Notes under the pieces: model-generated
What the model was told of the DNA's origin: nothing
Database searches by the model: none
What the model saw: only the letters and a program-made list of their open reading frames with translations
In this document: positions 1 through 10,751 of the stretch, in pieces
How positions within the stretch are numbered: position 1 is the first letter of the stretch
Layout: the number at the start of each line of letters is the position of its first letter
Program-made: the position numbers and the translations under genes
NCBI GenBank assembly: GCA_965287045.1
Contig: OZ336876.1
Coordinates: 49,476,001 to 49,540,000, forward strand
DNA: 64,000 nucleotides
Reading direction: 5' to 3'
Source: Carcharhinus amblyrhynchos
Taxonomy: Eukaryota

Positions 1-129
1 CACTCACAATATTGGCAGCCATTGAACAGCCACTACCCGTTCCATAGCCCTTCAAACACATATGCGCTTGTGGCAATAGCTGATGATGTTCTGGTGAGAC
101 AAAGAATCGAGGAGATCTCAGCATCCTAT

Positions 130-1110
130 GAAGAGACTTTGAGGGCCATCAATAATTATCTCAGCTCTAAGATGAATCAGATATTGAACAGGTGCAACCC
201 AATGAAATGGGCCAAAGACTGCATGAACCCAGCTATTAATCTATTCATGATTACTATAGAACTGACCAGCAGCTGCTGCTACAAGCTTTAAAACATGAGT
301 TAATTTGTGAGCGCATTGTAGACACCATGTTCAACAAGACATCTTGTAAACCAGGGATATTAGTGAAGGTCAAACAGTTTGCAAGACAAGTAGAGTTGCA
401 AAGCAGGATTGGGTTTATTTTGGAATGATGTCGAGGGTTGATCCAGTACGTAAGCCCAAAGTCAGGAGACCCACCAAAAAGCCCATGAGAAAGGCAGCCA
501 AAACCACCGAAAGGGTGGAGAAGAACCATCCGACTATTTTAAATTGTTCCAAATGCAGCACCAGAAAGCAGCATTGTCGTGAAAAATGTCCAGTTTTTCA
601 CTGGCCAGTAGCTTTTCCTGCGGCAAGATCAGACATTTTAAACAATTCTGCAGATCAAAAGCACAATTTAAAGGAAGAAAGCTGGAATGTGCTTCCAACC
701 ATTTTGAAGTCCAGGAAATTGGAAATACTGCATTTCAACCAATCTATTTTAAAGAGAAATCAACGATCCTAGTAGAAATTCTGGCCTATTGAGCTGGAAG
801 TCCAAGGATACAGAACAGAATTTAAACTATACACCAGGGCTGAGGTCACAGCTACAAGTTCCAGGATGCACAGATCTCAAAGTGAAGGGTCAGTTCATTG
901 CAACCCTTAGGCATGAAGATAAAAGAAATTCATGAAATTCTTCATAACTTACAAAAGCAACCAGTTTTGAATCTCTGCACCACAGCATGCTCCAGACTTA
1001 GTCTTTAAAAAGAAGCAGATGAGCTATCAATAGATGACGGCAGAGAAATTTTCAGAACTGAATTTCCAAAGTTATTCCAAGGACTGGGAAAGCTGAAAAC
1101 TGCAGCAGAA
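130..1110 (+). mobile_element. Degenerate Ty3/Gypsy LTR-retrotransposon gag-protease remnant
   Basis: Frameshifted fragments in gag-pro order: KHELICERIV (~291), zinc-knuckle-like CSKCSTRKQHCREKCP (~545) and FSCGKIRHFKQFCRSK (~612), decayed protease motif FKLYT-GAEVT (~820, cf. LDTGAEVT), FRTEFPKLFQGLGKLK (~1050). Confidence 0.75.
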
Positions 1111-3249
1111 ATTGAAGTCGATTCATTACACCGTGAGCTGGTACTTGTCCATTGGTGACAGGCTAGAGGAGGTGGAAACATTAACGAAGATGGTGAGCAT
1201 CCACGAGATGAGATTCTAGACCTTGGTTTATGCTTTTGGGACAAAGTTCAAGACAGTTAAATTGCTCCAGAAGAAGAAGACCTGTTGAAGGAAGAGGTCC
1301 AAGATCTTACTACCCTCTTTGACTTCACTGTCAACGATCATCAAGTCTTTGTTGTCTGTTTTAAAGAGAATCACTTTTTGTTGAAGAAGGTAATAAAGAA
1401 GTGAATCTGTCTACTCATTCCACCAATGACAGGCAATAATAATTGCAAACAGCAAAAAGCTATCCAGGGAGAACGAGACACTCAACTCCAAATTGGATCA
1501 AACCAAAAATGAAATTTCAGAGTTTATTAATTGGTACAAATCTAAGCTGCAGCTCACATTTGGATCTCATCAGCAAGTTGTGTATGCACTCAAGCTTTCT
1601 TTCAGTAAAGAAGCAGAGACCGAAACCACAGGGCATCTCCAGCTGAAAAATACTACTCAGGGACTTGCTGTTGCTCTTGCTCCAAAGGTTTATTCCATTG
1701 ATAACGATGGCGCAGTTCTACTTTCTCCTGCTGACTCCGACATCCCATTGTCTGCATTGAAACAGCTCATGCTGAAGCAAGTACAAATGTTATTACCAGC
1801 TATAGGAAATGAAATTCCTACTCTAAGAGTAGTAGGGAAGTCTTCCTTTCCTTGTTTTCTGCAATGTCTTCAGGGTGTTTATTGTTCTTCATTTCATCTA
1901 CCAAATTCATTCATGGCTCAGTGTGCGACACAGAAGAAGAAGATAGCAGAGAGAATTGGAGTTGTTTGTTTTTTTTCCAATGAATTTTGATCATCAAATC
2001 CTGGAGGGTTGTGTCTTGAACCAGATTTCCATTGATTGGTTCTCACTGCCTTCACATTCAAATCATCATAAGAGTTATAGTCCAGGAGTTAGCTGTCACA
2101 AGAAGCTACTTTGCCACTCCATCGTGTTTACCTCCCAAGGAAAAGATAAGGGAACGCACACTTTACATGTCCTCCAATAGAGCCGAGTGTGCTACTGGGG
2201 ATTGATGCCTTTGGAAGAAGTGACTTAGAGTGGGATGAAGTAGGAGTTAGATAGAAAGTATAAACAGTATATGAGACTTACAGATAGTGGGAATGTAAAG
2301 TAAGTAGTTTAACAAAATAATATCACAGTTCTCAGATCATATTTGGGAAGAGATTTAAGTAAAGGGTTAATCATTTATGAGATAATGATAGTTATGTTGA
2401 TGTATCATGACATCAGCATCAAATGACCAGGAAACATCATGGGAACAAGACACAGAACAGTCTGTGTCCGGAAAATAATGTACAAAGTCTTGGATGTAAA
2501 TGGTTCTAAATAAATCATTTTGGAAAAAAAACTAAGTACTGACTCTCTCCAAGTCACTCACAAAGTGAAGCCTCTTCGAGCCAGAATGCCAAGCCAAACA
2601 ATGGTAGCAAACCAAAACATAAATCAGGCATTTCACCACTTTCATTTGATAATGAGCAATTACATGGATCCTCTGAGAAACTGGGTTGACTTGAGCAGAG
2701 CAGCATTGTGCATTAAACAGCAGATTTTTCAATAATTCTACACTTTACTACAGTTCACAGATTATGGCGGACAGATTTTTTTTTTAAGATAGGTCTATAT
2801 AAACCTGTAGCTCCAAATACATGCTGATTAGTGTTGTGCAGTGATTTACTAACTTGACTTGCTCCTAACCCTGACGGCTTAAGACTGACCACTGAGCTGA
2901 AGGAAGTCAGTCTCAGAACCATTTAAAATTAAAATTTCAAGAGATATTGGTAGAAACAAAATTCATATCTGAAGTAAGTGGTGTATCATTCACATGATAC
3001 ACTTAAGTGCAACTGTCAATCACACATAATTTAAAAAGAGATCCACTTGGCTCCACACTAAGAAAATGCTGCTATAGTAATCCAATGGTGACAAGTGGAC
3101 ACATTACCAGTTTATAACAGTATTTTGGAACAAAATGAACCAGCCAGTATGCCAGAGAATTTCCAATGATATAAGCAAGCACAATCAAACCTGTCTAAAC
3201 AACCACCTGGGTTACATGTAGTGACTAAATACTGTAAGTTAACCTGTGT

Positions 3250-3301
3250 ATTGAACCCGGGTCCCTGTTGCTGTGAGGCAGCAACGCTAACCACTGTGCC
3301 A
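3250..3301 (-). mobile_element. HE1/V-SINE tRNA-derived head fragment
   Basis: Reverse complement GGCACAGTGGTTAGCGTTGCTGCCTCACAGCAACAGGGACCCGGGTTCAA has Pol III A/B boxes and matches the fuller copies in this window. Confidence 0.8.
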
Positions 3302-3916
3302 TAGTTCTACATGTCTCAGTATTCCTAGGTAACAGTCATTAGGATTTCTGATCCCTTCGATGTGTGGCTATTGAGCAAAGACAGAACTGAGCTCACCATT
3401 GACATTCGCATTGCCATATCGCCAAAACTACACCATCTGGGCTCACGTAACTAGATGAGGTCCATTGCCCTAGCAATGCTCACTAGTTTCAGAGGTAGAA
3501 AGGAAAGAATAGTGTAATCATTGGCATAACCCAACGCCCTTGCTGCAGTACGTGTGTCCTCCAATTTTCACTACTTCTTAAATAACTTTACAGAAAAAGC
3601 ACATCCACTCTGTGCAAATAAAAATGTTGTCTTATTTTAAAAAAAATTGTTTTGGGAAGCATCTGATGGTTAAGTATAAAAGGAACAAATAAGAAAGAAG
3701 GAATGCTGCAGCAAGATTAAATTTGGTGATTCACGATGAATTCAAATGTTATGTTAATTGTGGTGAATTCTTTCAAAGTAAGAGTGATTTTAGCTTTCAA
3801 AAAGAAAGCTGCTCTATTTGGCACAATTTATTACACAATAATGCAGAAAAAGTGCCAATTTAGTTTTCAGCAAGGGTGTCCTAAACTGAGAAAACTAATC
3901 ATACATACCCAAAGGT

Positions 3917-4225
3917 AGGGGAGTCTAAAACTAGAGGGCATAGGTTTAAGGTGAAAGGGGAGAGATACAAAAGTGTCCAGAGGGGCAATTTTTTTACACA
4001 GAGGGTGGTGAGTGTCTGGAACAAACTGCCAGAGGTAGTAGTAGAAGCGGGTACAATTTTATCTTTTAAAAAGCATTTAGACAGTTACATGGGTACAATG
4101 GGTGTAGAGGGATATCGGCCAAATGCGGGCAACTGGGATTAGTTTAGGGGTTTAAAAAATAGGGCGGCATGGACAAGTTGGGCCAAAGGGCCTGTTTCCA
4201 TGCTGTAAACCTCTATGACTCTATG
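3917..4225 (+). mobile_element. CR1/HER1 LINE 3' end
   Basis: Encodes RGNFFTQRVVSVWNKLPEVVVEAG (CR1 ORF2 C-terminus), then GGGCCAAAGGGCCTGTTTCCATGCTG and a CTCTATGA repeat tail. Confidence 0.9.
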
Positions 4226-4339
4226 TGGTTGATGGACCTCCATGCTGGTTATATTGGAAGAATAAACTCACTGCAGGGTTGTGAAACAAACAGCTTAAAT
4301 GCGCTACTACGGAAAATTTAACATTGACCTGTGCAGGAC

Positions 4340-4722
4340 AGATTTATACAGCGTCCTGCATGACCAAAATGCTTTACAGCCGACTAAATACATTTGAAAT
4401 GTAGTGACTGGTCTAATGGAGGATAAGTGGCAGCCAAATTAAGCACAGCAAAGTCACACAAACAGCATTCACGTGATCTGTTTTTGGAATGTTGATTGAA
4501 GGATAAATATTGGCCAGGGGATAGCTGCCCTACTCTTCTTCAGAATAGTGCTATGGAAGCCTTTATGTCCATCTGAAAGAATAGATGGGGCCTTGTCTGA
4601 AAGAGGACATGTCTGGAAGTGCAGCACTTCCCCCAAACTTCATTTTTGTGCTCAAGTCCAGGAATGGGACTTGAACCAAAAACATTCTGACCTAGAAGCA
4701 AGAGTTCATTGAGCCATAGCTA
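4340..4722 (-). mobile_element. SacSINE1-like Deu-SINE
   Basis: tRNA-like head at ~4650-4720 (GGTTCAAGTCCCA on minus strand) and body homologous to the copy at 39650-40050. Confidence 0.7.
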
Positions 4723-5290
4723 ACATTGCAAGTATGCAAATACCTTCTCAGAAAGATCCAGCTGAGTTTCTGCTTCACTAATAATTGTGTGTACAGAGTC
4801 TTCAGAAGTACATTTCAGTGCCGATGGAGTCAAGGTCATTGCAGAACAATCCAATATACTACCTGCCAAGACAGGGGAAACATGAATTATTTTCCTGTCA
4901 TATCCCTGGTCAAATTAGGAACAAACCATTTTGTAAATATTTTAATTCCAAGCTGCTACTTCTTCAATATTTGAACCTAAAATTCTAAAAATGAATGTTG
5001 TGAAGGTAATCTTTATCAAGTTTTACTTCATTCCTCTTCATTCATTTCAAACTCCCCAATGTTTGCATTTTCACTGAATTAATGAAAAGATAATAATTAT
5101 ATAAGAGAATTGAATTTATATAGTGTCTCATCACACATCAAGAACTATCCCAAAAGACTTAAGCATGCAATGAATTATGGTGAAGCGCAGACATCATTAA
5201 CTAGTTAAACATAGCAAAATGTATGAAGAAATCAGAATTCCAAATTTGGAAGACACATTTTTCACTGTATGGTTCATTTAGAGATGAGTT

Positions 5291-5296
5291 TTTAAT
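5291..5296 (-). terminator. Candidate ATTAAA polyadenylation signal after the putative last AGBL5 stop
   Basis: TTTAAT on plus = ATTAAA on minus, ~40 nt downstream of TAA at 5336-5338. Confidence 0.25.
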
Positions 5297-5335
5297 TGAA
5301 TTAAGGCAAGTGTTGCAAATGAGCTCCAATGCAGT

Positions 5336-5700
5336 TTATGTCCACTTCAGTCTTCTGTCTCTGTCCATTCTTCTGTCCACTGCAGCTCTTGTTGTGGCGG
5401 TAATGGGAGAACAGCCAGTTGCTCTGATTAAGGGGCCGAACTCCCAACTGCAACCAGCTGATGCTGATTGAGCATGAAGTGGTTGCAGGACACAGGGATG
5501 GCAGGAAGGGAAATCCCCACCATCTGAAAAGTTCAGGCCATGAAGTTGATTATACATGTCGCTGGTAGATTCTCCATGCTTGATTGGATGAATAAATCTG
5601 ACACCATAGGGTTGCAAAGTGAGCATTTTATTTTCAGTCAGCAAAACTGGGTGATTCTCATTGTGGATACAGAAAACTGCAACCACCATGATTCCTCTGC
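5336..5700 (-). CDS. AGBL5: Candidate terminal coding exon of the long AGBL5 isoform
   Basis: Acceptor TCTGATTTTATCATTCAG|GC. Phase-1 entry from the 9903 donor gives CRGIMVVAVFCIHNENHP...RRLKWT*, an open frame to TAA at 5336. No recognisable homology. Confidence 0.35.
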
Positions 5701-6163
5701 CTGAATGATAAAATCAGATGCCTGTGCTTCTCCAGCTATAAAAGAACTGCAAATATAGTGAAATCAATAAATCCAACTCCATGTGCCCCATTTTGAGCTA
5801 CACATGCATTTGAATACAGATCAGGGAACACTCAGGTTAATTTTGTGATATGAGGAGATAACTTTGGTTGAGAAATCCATTCTGCGATGCCATAGATCCA
5901 TGTCGGAGCTGCTTTCCCTTTGTGTAGTTTTCTAAGTTTAGTCTCAGAATTATCCTGGCTCTATAAGCAGAGTCAATCTTAGTGGATTCAGATTGCAATG
6001 ATGACACCACGTCCCTGAATGAAGGTTAACAATCACACAAGTTTAAAAGCTGCAAGCTGCTATAAGAGAAACCACAGATCTTGATTAAAGCAGACCTAGA
6101 CAAGCATCAAAGTCCATAAAACTCCTACTTCCAAGGGAAGTTGTAGTCACATACTATGCATGA

Positions 6164-6382
6164 AAGAATTTAATTGAATGAAGTGCAGCCTCAGCTCATT
6201 GGTGCCCATTAGAGCAAGGAACAGTGGAAATGGGAGGACTTAAGAGTTTGCTATAGCATTGATCAGATATGTAGCCATCATTGCTTGATAATATTATGAT
6301 TAGGTAGACAAGTAAACCTAATCAATAGTTGTGAATGCATATAGATAACGTCTATACGAATGAACATCTCTGATTGGTATAT
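6164..6382. repeat. Source/partner copy of the inverted duplication at 8811-9060
   Basis: AAGAATTTAATTGAATGAAGTGCAGCCTCAGCTCATT...CTATACGAATGAACATCTCTGATTGGTATAT aligns along its length with the reverse complement of 8811-9060. Confidence 0.9.
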
Positions 6383-6714
6383 GCTAATTAATTGCAATCG
6401 AATCTGGAGGTGTATGTGTTTGTGTACAAACTGTATCTGGTGCTCTGGACTGTGTCACCATGGCATACTAGGGCCCTTGCTATAGCTGATTTTAAACAGC
6501 CGATTTTACAGTCTGAAATTCTTCATCTGTCTACTTAAAGGGAACAAAGTCTGTAATAAGTTGAACATCAAAAGCCCCACAACAAACCTGATGACATCAC
6601 GGCGAAGGGTGGGGAAGATCCGAAATCGTGTTCTCACCGGTGAGGTTTGCAACTTCCAGATCTTGAGCCCCTGCTGGTATTTGCAAAGATGGCAAGCATG
6701 GGTTCAAGATCCCC

Positions 6715-7035
6715 CACTTTGTATGGAGTTTAGAAAAATGAATGGTAATCTCAGTGAAATATACAAGATCTGAAGAGTCTTGCCATGGCGGACACAGAGG
6801 TTGTTTTCCCTGGCTGGGGACACTAGGACACAAGGGTTCAGTCTCGGAATAAGGGGCATTTACCTCATTTAGGATGGAGCTACAAAATGTCTCCACTAAG
6901 AAGGTTGTGAATCTCCAGAATTCTCTACTCCAGAGGGTTGTGGATGCTCCAACATTGAACATAGTTAAAGCTGAGATAAATAAGAGTTTTGTTTCTCAGG
7001 GAATCGAGGGATATTGGGTGTGGATGTGGAGGGTG
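6715..7035 (+). mobile_element. Degenerate CR1 LINE 3' fragment
   Basis: EFRKMNGNLSEIYKI, AAGGTTGTGAATCTCCAGAATTCTCTACTCCAGAGGGTTGTGGATGC; similar to 44670-45000. Confidence 0.8.
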
Positions 7036-7599
7036 TAAGTGGTGGAAGATCAGCAATATAGCCAGAAGTGCAATAATTATAAGGAATTCAATGGCTACAA
7101 ATGTTAAGCACACTTTTGCTGATCAAACAGAAACTTCTAAATGCTTTCCTTTGTTGAGGTAAGGAAATATCCAATAGACTGAAAAATATTGTGTGAAAGA
7201 AGGGAGAGTGGTTACCATTATCCATGGTAAACTCACTAATTGAGGTAAAGAAAGACTTGAAGTATTGTAAAATAAAATTAGGAGATTGGAAAACAAGTTT
7301 AATGCAGGATTGTACCCCCAGCTATGCATTACAATAGGAAAGGACAGAAAGATTTGCAAAATTAATGAATGGCTAGAGAGGAAATACACTAGGGTGATTT
7401 TTACATCTCCCAACATATTTGGATCAGGTGAAATGTGAAATAAAGTCAATGGCCGGCCCACTCACTGCCCACCAGCTAACCCCATAATACTGTGAATGGA
7501 GAAGATGCCAGGCAACCTGGCTGTCCTGAGGTCTATTGAGAGCCTTAAGTTGTCATTTAAGGACTTAATTCCACCTCTGCCACAAAAATACACACAACC

Positions 7600-7805
7600 A
7601 GGGAACATACAAAATCCAGCATTCAATAAGATCGGGGCCGATCTGCATGAGTTGAGCTCACATTCCCAACTACCCTCAATAACACTTGATTCTCTTGTGC
7701 AACAAGAATCTATGCACCTGTCTCTTAAAAGTATTCAGTGACCCCCACCTCCACTGCCTTCTGAGGCAGATTTCCAAAGCCTCAAAACCTTCTGAGTGAA
7801 AAGGA
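7600..7805 (-). mobile_element. Degenerate CR1 LINE 3' fragment
   Basis: CATTCAATAAGATC...TCTATGCACCTGTCTCTTAAAAGTATTCAGTGAC, antisense to a CR1 3' end; similar to 11478-11790. Confidence 0.7.
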
Positions 7806-8021
7806 AAGTGGCCAGCCAATAACCTTAATAGCTCGGCCAAAAAGGCAGGAAGGAAGGGAAGGGGCCAATCCCCACGCACACCCAATTGTGGCACTTTTGC
7901 TTTTCTGTTTCCCATGATGTAGAGATGCTGGCGTTGGACTGGGGTAAGCACAATAAGAAGTCTCACAACACAAGGTTGAAGTGCAACAGGTTTATTTGGG
8001 AGCACAAGCCGCAAATTTTCA

Positions 8022-8205
8022 AAGAACATAGAACATTACAGCGCAGTACAGGCCCTTCGGCCTTCAATGTTGCGCCAACCTGTGAAACCAATCTAAAGCC
8101 CATCTAACCTACACTATTCCAATATCATCCATTATTATCCAATGACCATTTAAATGCCCTTAATGTTGGCAAATCCACTACTGTTGCAGGCAGGGCATTC
8201 CATGC
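8022..8205 (-). mobile_element. CR1/HER1 3' end inserted at the centre of the first Penelope palindrome
   Basis: AGAACATAGAACATTACAGCGCAGTACAGGCCCTTCGGCC tail; antisense WNALPATVVDLPTLRAFK. Confidence 0.9.
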
Positions 8206-8483
8206 ACTGAAAACTTGTGGCTTGTGATACCAAATAAACCTGTTAGACTTGAACTTTAAGTGTTGTGAGACTTCTTTTTGTGTTTTCCTCCAGCCTCTAA
8301 ACCCTCCCCACCAGCCCACCTTCCCACTCCCACACACATCGCAATTGTGGGTACCCCCGTATTATAGCACTTCTGCTTTTCTGTTTCCCATGATGTGGAA
8401 ATGCTGGCATTGGACTGCAGTAAGTACAATAACAAGTCTCACAACACCAGGTTAAAGTCCACAGGTTTGTTTGGTAGCACAAG

Positions 8484-8520
8484 CCACAAGCTTTCAGAGC
8501 GCTGCTTTTTCATCAGGTGA
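8484..8520 (-). ncRNA. Minimal type I hammerhead-ribozyme-like motif (Penelope-associated, partly decayed)
   Basis: TCAC-CTGATGA-A-AAAGC-AGC-GCTCT-GAAA-GCTT-GTGG: intact CUGAUGA and GAAA cores, short stem I, palindromic AAGCTT in the stem III position, one stem II mismatch. Confidence 0.6.
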
Positions 8521-8810
8521 GTGGGAGTTGTGTTCACAAACAGGGCACATAAAGACACAAACTTAATTTACAAGGTAATGGTTGGAATGTGAGTCTTTAC
8601 AGGTAATCAAGTCTCAAAGGTACAAACAATGTGAGTGGAGAGAGCGTTAAGCGCAGATTAAAGAGATGTGTATGTCTCCAGCCACATCAGTTAGTGAGAT
8701 TTTGCAAGCCCAGGCAAATCATGGGGGTTACACAGATAGTGTGACATGAACCCAAGATCCCAACTGAGGCCGAGAGACTGTAGACAATACAGAGAGTTTA
8801 CCAGTCCGTG

Positions 8811-9060
8811 ATATACCAGTCAGAGATGTTCATTCGTATAGAGGTTATTTATATCCATTGATCCACTTTTGATTAGGTTTACATAAGGGTATAGTTCTCC
8901 AATTGCAACTTGTGCATGTCTACCTAATTATGTTATCAAGCAATGATGGCTATATGTCTGACCAATGGTATATCAAACTCCCAAGTCCTCCTATTTCCAA
9001 TGTTCCTTATTCTAATGGGCACAAATGAGCTGAGGCTGCACATCATTTAATTAAATTCTT
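8811..9060. repeat. Inverted copy of 6164-6382, flanked by ~117-bp direct repeats (8673-8791 and 9060-9176)
   Basis: Direct comparison by eye. This copy carries ~30 extra nt (TGCACAAGTTGCAATTGGAGAACTATACCCTT in minus sense) absent from the 6.2 kb copy. Confidence 0.9.
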
Positions 9061-9322
9061 GTCTCCAGCCAGGACAGTTAGTGAGATTTTGCAAGCCCAG
9101 GCAAATCATGGGGATTACAGATAGTGTGACATGAACCCAAGATCCCAGTTGAGGCTGAGAGGTTGGAGACAATACACATTTCCTTAACCTGTGCTTAACC
9201 TTCTCTCCACTCACATTGTCTATACCTTTAAGACTTGATTACCTGTAAAGACGCACACTCCAATCATTATTCTGTAAATTGACTCTGTCTTTATATGCCC
9301 TGTTTGTGAACACAACTTCCAC

Positions 9323-9359
9323 TCACCTGATGAAGGAGCGGTGCTCCAAAAACTTGTGA
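9323..9359 (+). ncRNA. Decayed hammerhead-like motif (GAAA mutated to AAAA)
   Basis: TCAC-CTGATGA-A-GGAGC-GGT-GCTCC-AAAA-ACTT-GTGA: perfect stem II and stem I, core G lost (CpG-type change). Confidence 0.55.
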
Positions 9360-9585
9360 CTTGTGCAACAAATAAATCTGTTGGACTTTAATTTTAAGCG
9401 CTGTGAGACTTCTTGTGTTTTTCTCCAGCCTCTAAACCCTCCCCACCACCCCACCCCCACACACCCTCCTATCTCCTCACTGAGGTTTCTGAACTTTTGC
9501 TGACTATAATGCCTGGACTCACCCTTAAGGTAATTCTCAGCAGTGGCCACTACTTGCCTCTGGCGCTGCTGGGGCTACAAGAACT

Positions 9586-9748
9586 CAGTAAAAAGTCTGA
9601 CAACACCAGGTTTTAGTCCAACCGATTTATTTGATAATAGACTCACAAGCTTTCGGGGTTAGCCCCTTTGTCAGGTTGGACTAAAACCTGGTGTTGTCAG
9701 ACTTTTTACTGTGTTTACGCCAGTCCAACGTCGGCATACCCACATCAT
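9586..9748. mobile_element. Short Penelope-like insertion with perfect 38-bp inverted repeat and 13-bp flanking direct repeat
   Basis: IR 9586-9623 / 9674-9711 is exact; GGCTACAAGAACT at 9573-9585 and 9749-9761; hammerhead-like CTGACAA-A-GGGG-CTAA-CCCC-GAAA on minus strand in the loop. Confidence 0.85.
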
Positions 9749-9902
9749 GGCTACAAGAACTGCCAGCCAATCTGACAGAAAGCAGTGTGTAGGGGTTAAG
9801 GGTGGTTTTTCAAAGTGATACTGAAACAGATAGTGGTGTGGCACAAAGTTCAATGCTGCCACTTCTGTTCATGCTGATTCAAACAAGGATTCTCGCACTT
9901 AC

Positions 9903-10063
9903 ATCCTTTGGATTCTTGTGTAACATTTGGCTGCACACTTTTCAACACTTTCAGCACAGGATTATGACTGACTGGGCGGGAGGTCAGGCGCAGATTTCTC
10001 TGGGATGTAAGCACGTCACTCTTTCTCACTGGGATTCTACTGGGCCTTGGCTGTTGTTCAGAA
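9903..10063 (-). CDS. AGBL5: Candidate AGBL5 C-terminal exon (phase 2 to 1) with SxIP motif
   Basis: Strong acceptor GTTTTGTTTTCACTCACAG|T and donor GGAT|GTAAGT; 161 bp; SEQQPRPSRIPVRKSDVLTSQRNLRLTSRPVSHNPVLKVLKSVQPNVTQESKG. Without splicing the frame reads on to a stop at 9850. Confidence 0.65.
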
Positions 10064-10704
10064 CTGTGAGTGAAAACAAAACAGAAACCCAGCATTTGTT
10101 TTGTGACTACTGACCAGAAACAGACAAAAGATTGCAAAATTTATAATTTAAATTCTGAAAAATACTATTGCTGGGGAAATAAAAATAAACTCTAGGATGG
10201 GGTTTTATGGTCTCACTCATCCCAAAATCGTAAAATTCTACCTGAGGTCTACGGACCTTTCCATGCTCCACACCTCACCTACTCTGATTCCCACAGTAGG
10301 CAGAACAGTAAAATTCCAGCCTATGTATGCCTTTATATAGATAAGCTGCATATAGTGTCTAAGATTGTAATTAAAACTGCATTTGATGTGCATCCATAGA
10401 ACAAGTGTTCGTAGATCATAGCCAACAACTGGAAGGTGTGGGATAGTATCCAATGAGCCTGTTGGCATAACGCATGCCAATTCATTTTTATGAAACTCGA
10501 CTTTCTTTCACTATTCAATTCCAAATCCAGGCTGTTCAGAGCAAAAATTGTGAGAAAATCGAACAGGGCAGTTGAGTGCCAGCCCTCCATCTTGCCTTAA
10601 ACTTTCCTTTCTCCTATTACATTCTGACAGAGAAGGCCATTGTCCCATTGGATGTAATCATCAGTGGGAAGGCAGGACCTAACAATCCAATTCCAATGCA
10701 TTAC

Positions 10705-10751
10705 CATCCCTGGAAACTGTGAAGAGGGTGAAGGTGGCAGGTTCTCAATTG
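10705..10751 (-). CDS. AGBL5: Candidate 47-bp AGBL5 exon (phase 0 to 2)
   Basis: ACTTCTCAG|CAA...GGGATG|GTAATG; QLRTCHLHPLHSFQG(C); supplies the phase shift needed between the 18819 donor and the 10063 acceptor. Confidence 0.4.

Larger units (their letters stand above)
7915..9420. mobile_element. Compound Penelope-like element ends forming two palindromes (arms 7965-8020/8208-8275 and 8435-8680/9161-9415)
   Basis: Motif AAGTCTCACAACACCAGGTTAAAGTCC(A)ACAGGTTT.TTTGG occurs forward and in reverse complement; hammerhead-like cores are present in the arms, as known for Penelope pLTRs. Confidence 0.8.

Noticed and set aside
1-5300. OST4, which I recall lying tail-to-tail with AGBL5 in mammals
   Set aside because: No MITDVQLAIF-like micro-ORF was seen on the plus strand in this window
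9514-9535. GACTCACCC(C)TTAAGGTAAT shared with ~26468
   Set aside because: Only ~20 bp with no convincing extension; chance or a tiny repeat remnant
7960-9750. Recurrent ~40-bp motif resembling a CRISPR-like array
   Set aside because: Copies alternate in orientation with irregular spacing, the context is eukaryotic, and Penelope-like ends explain them
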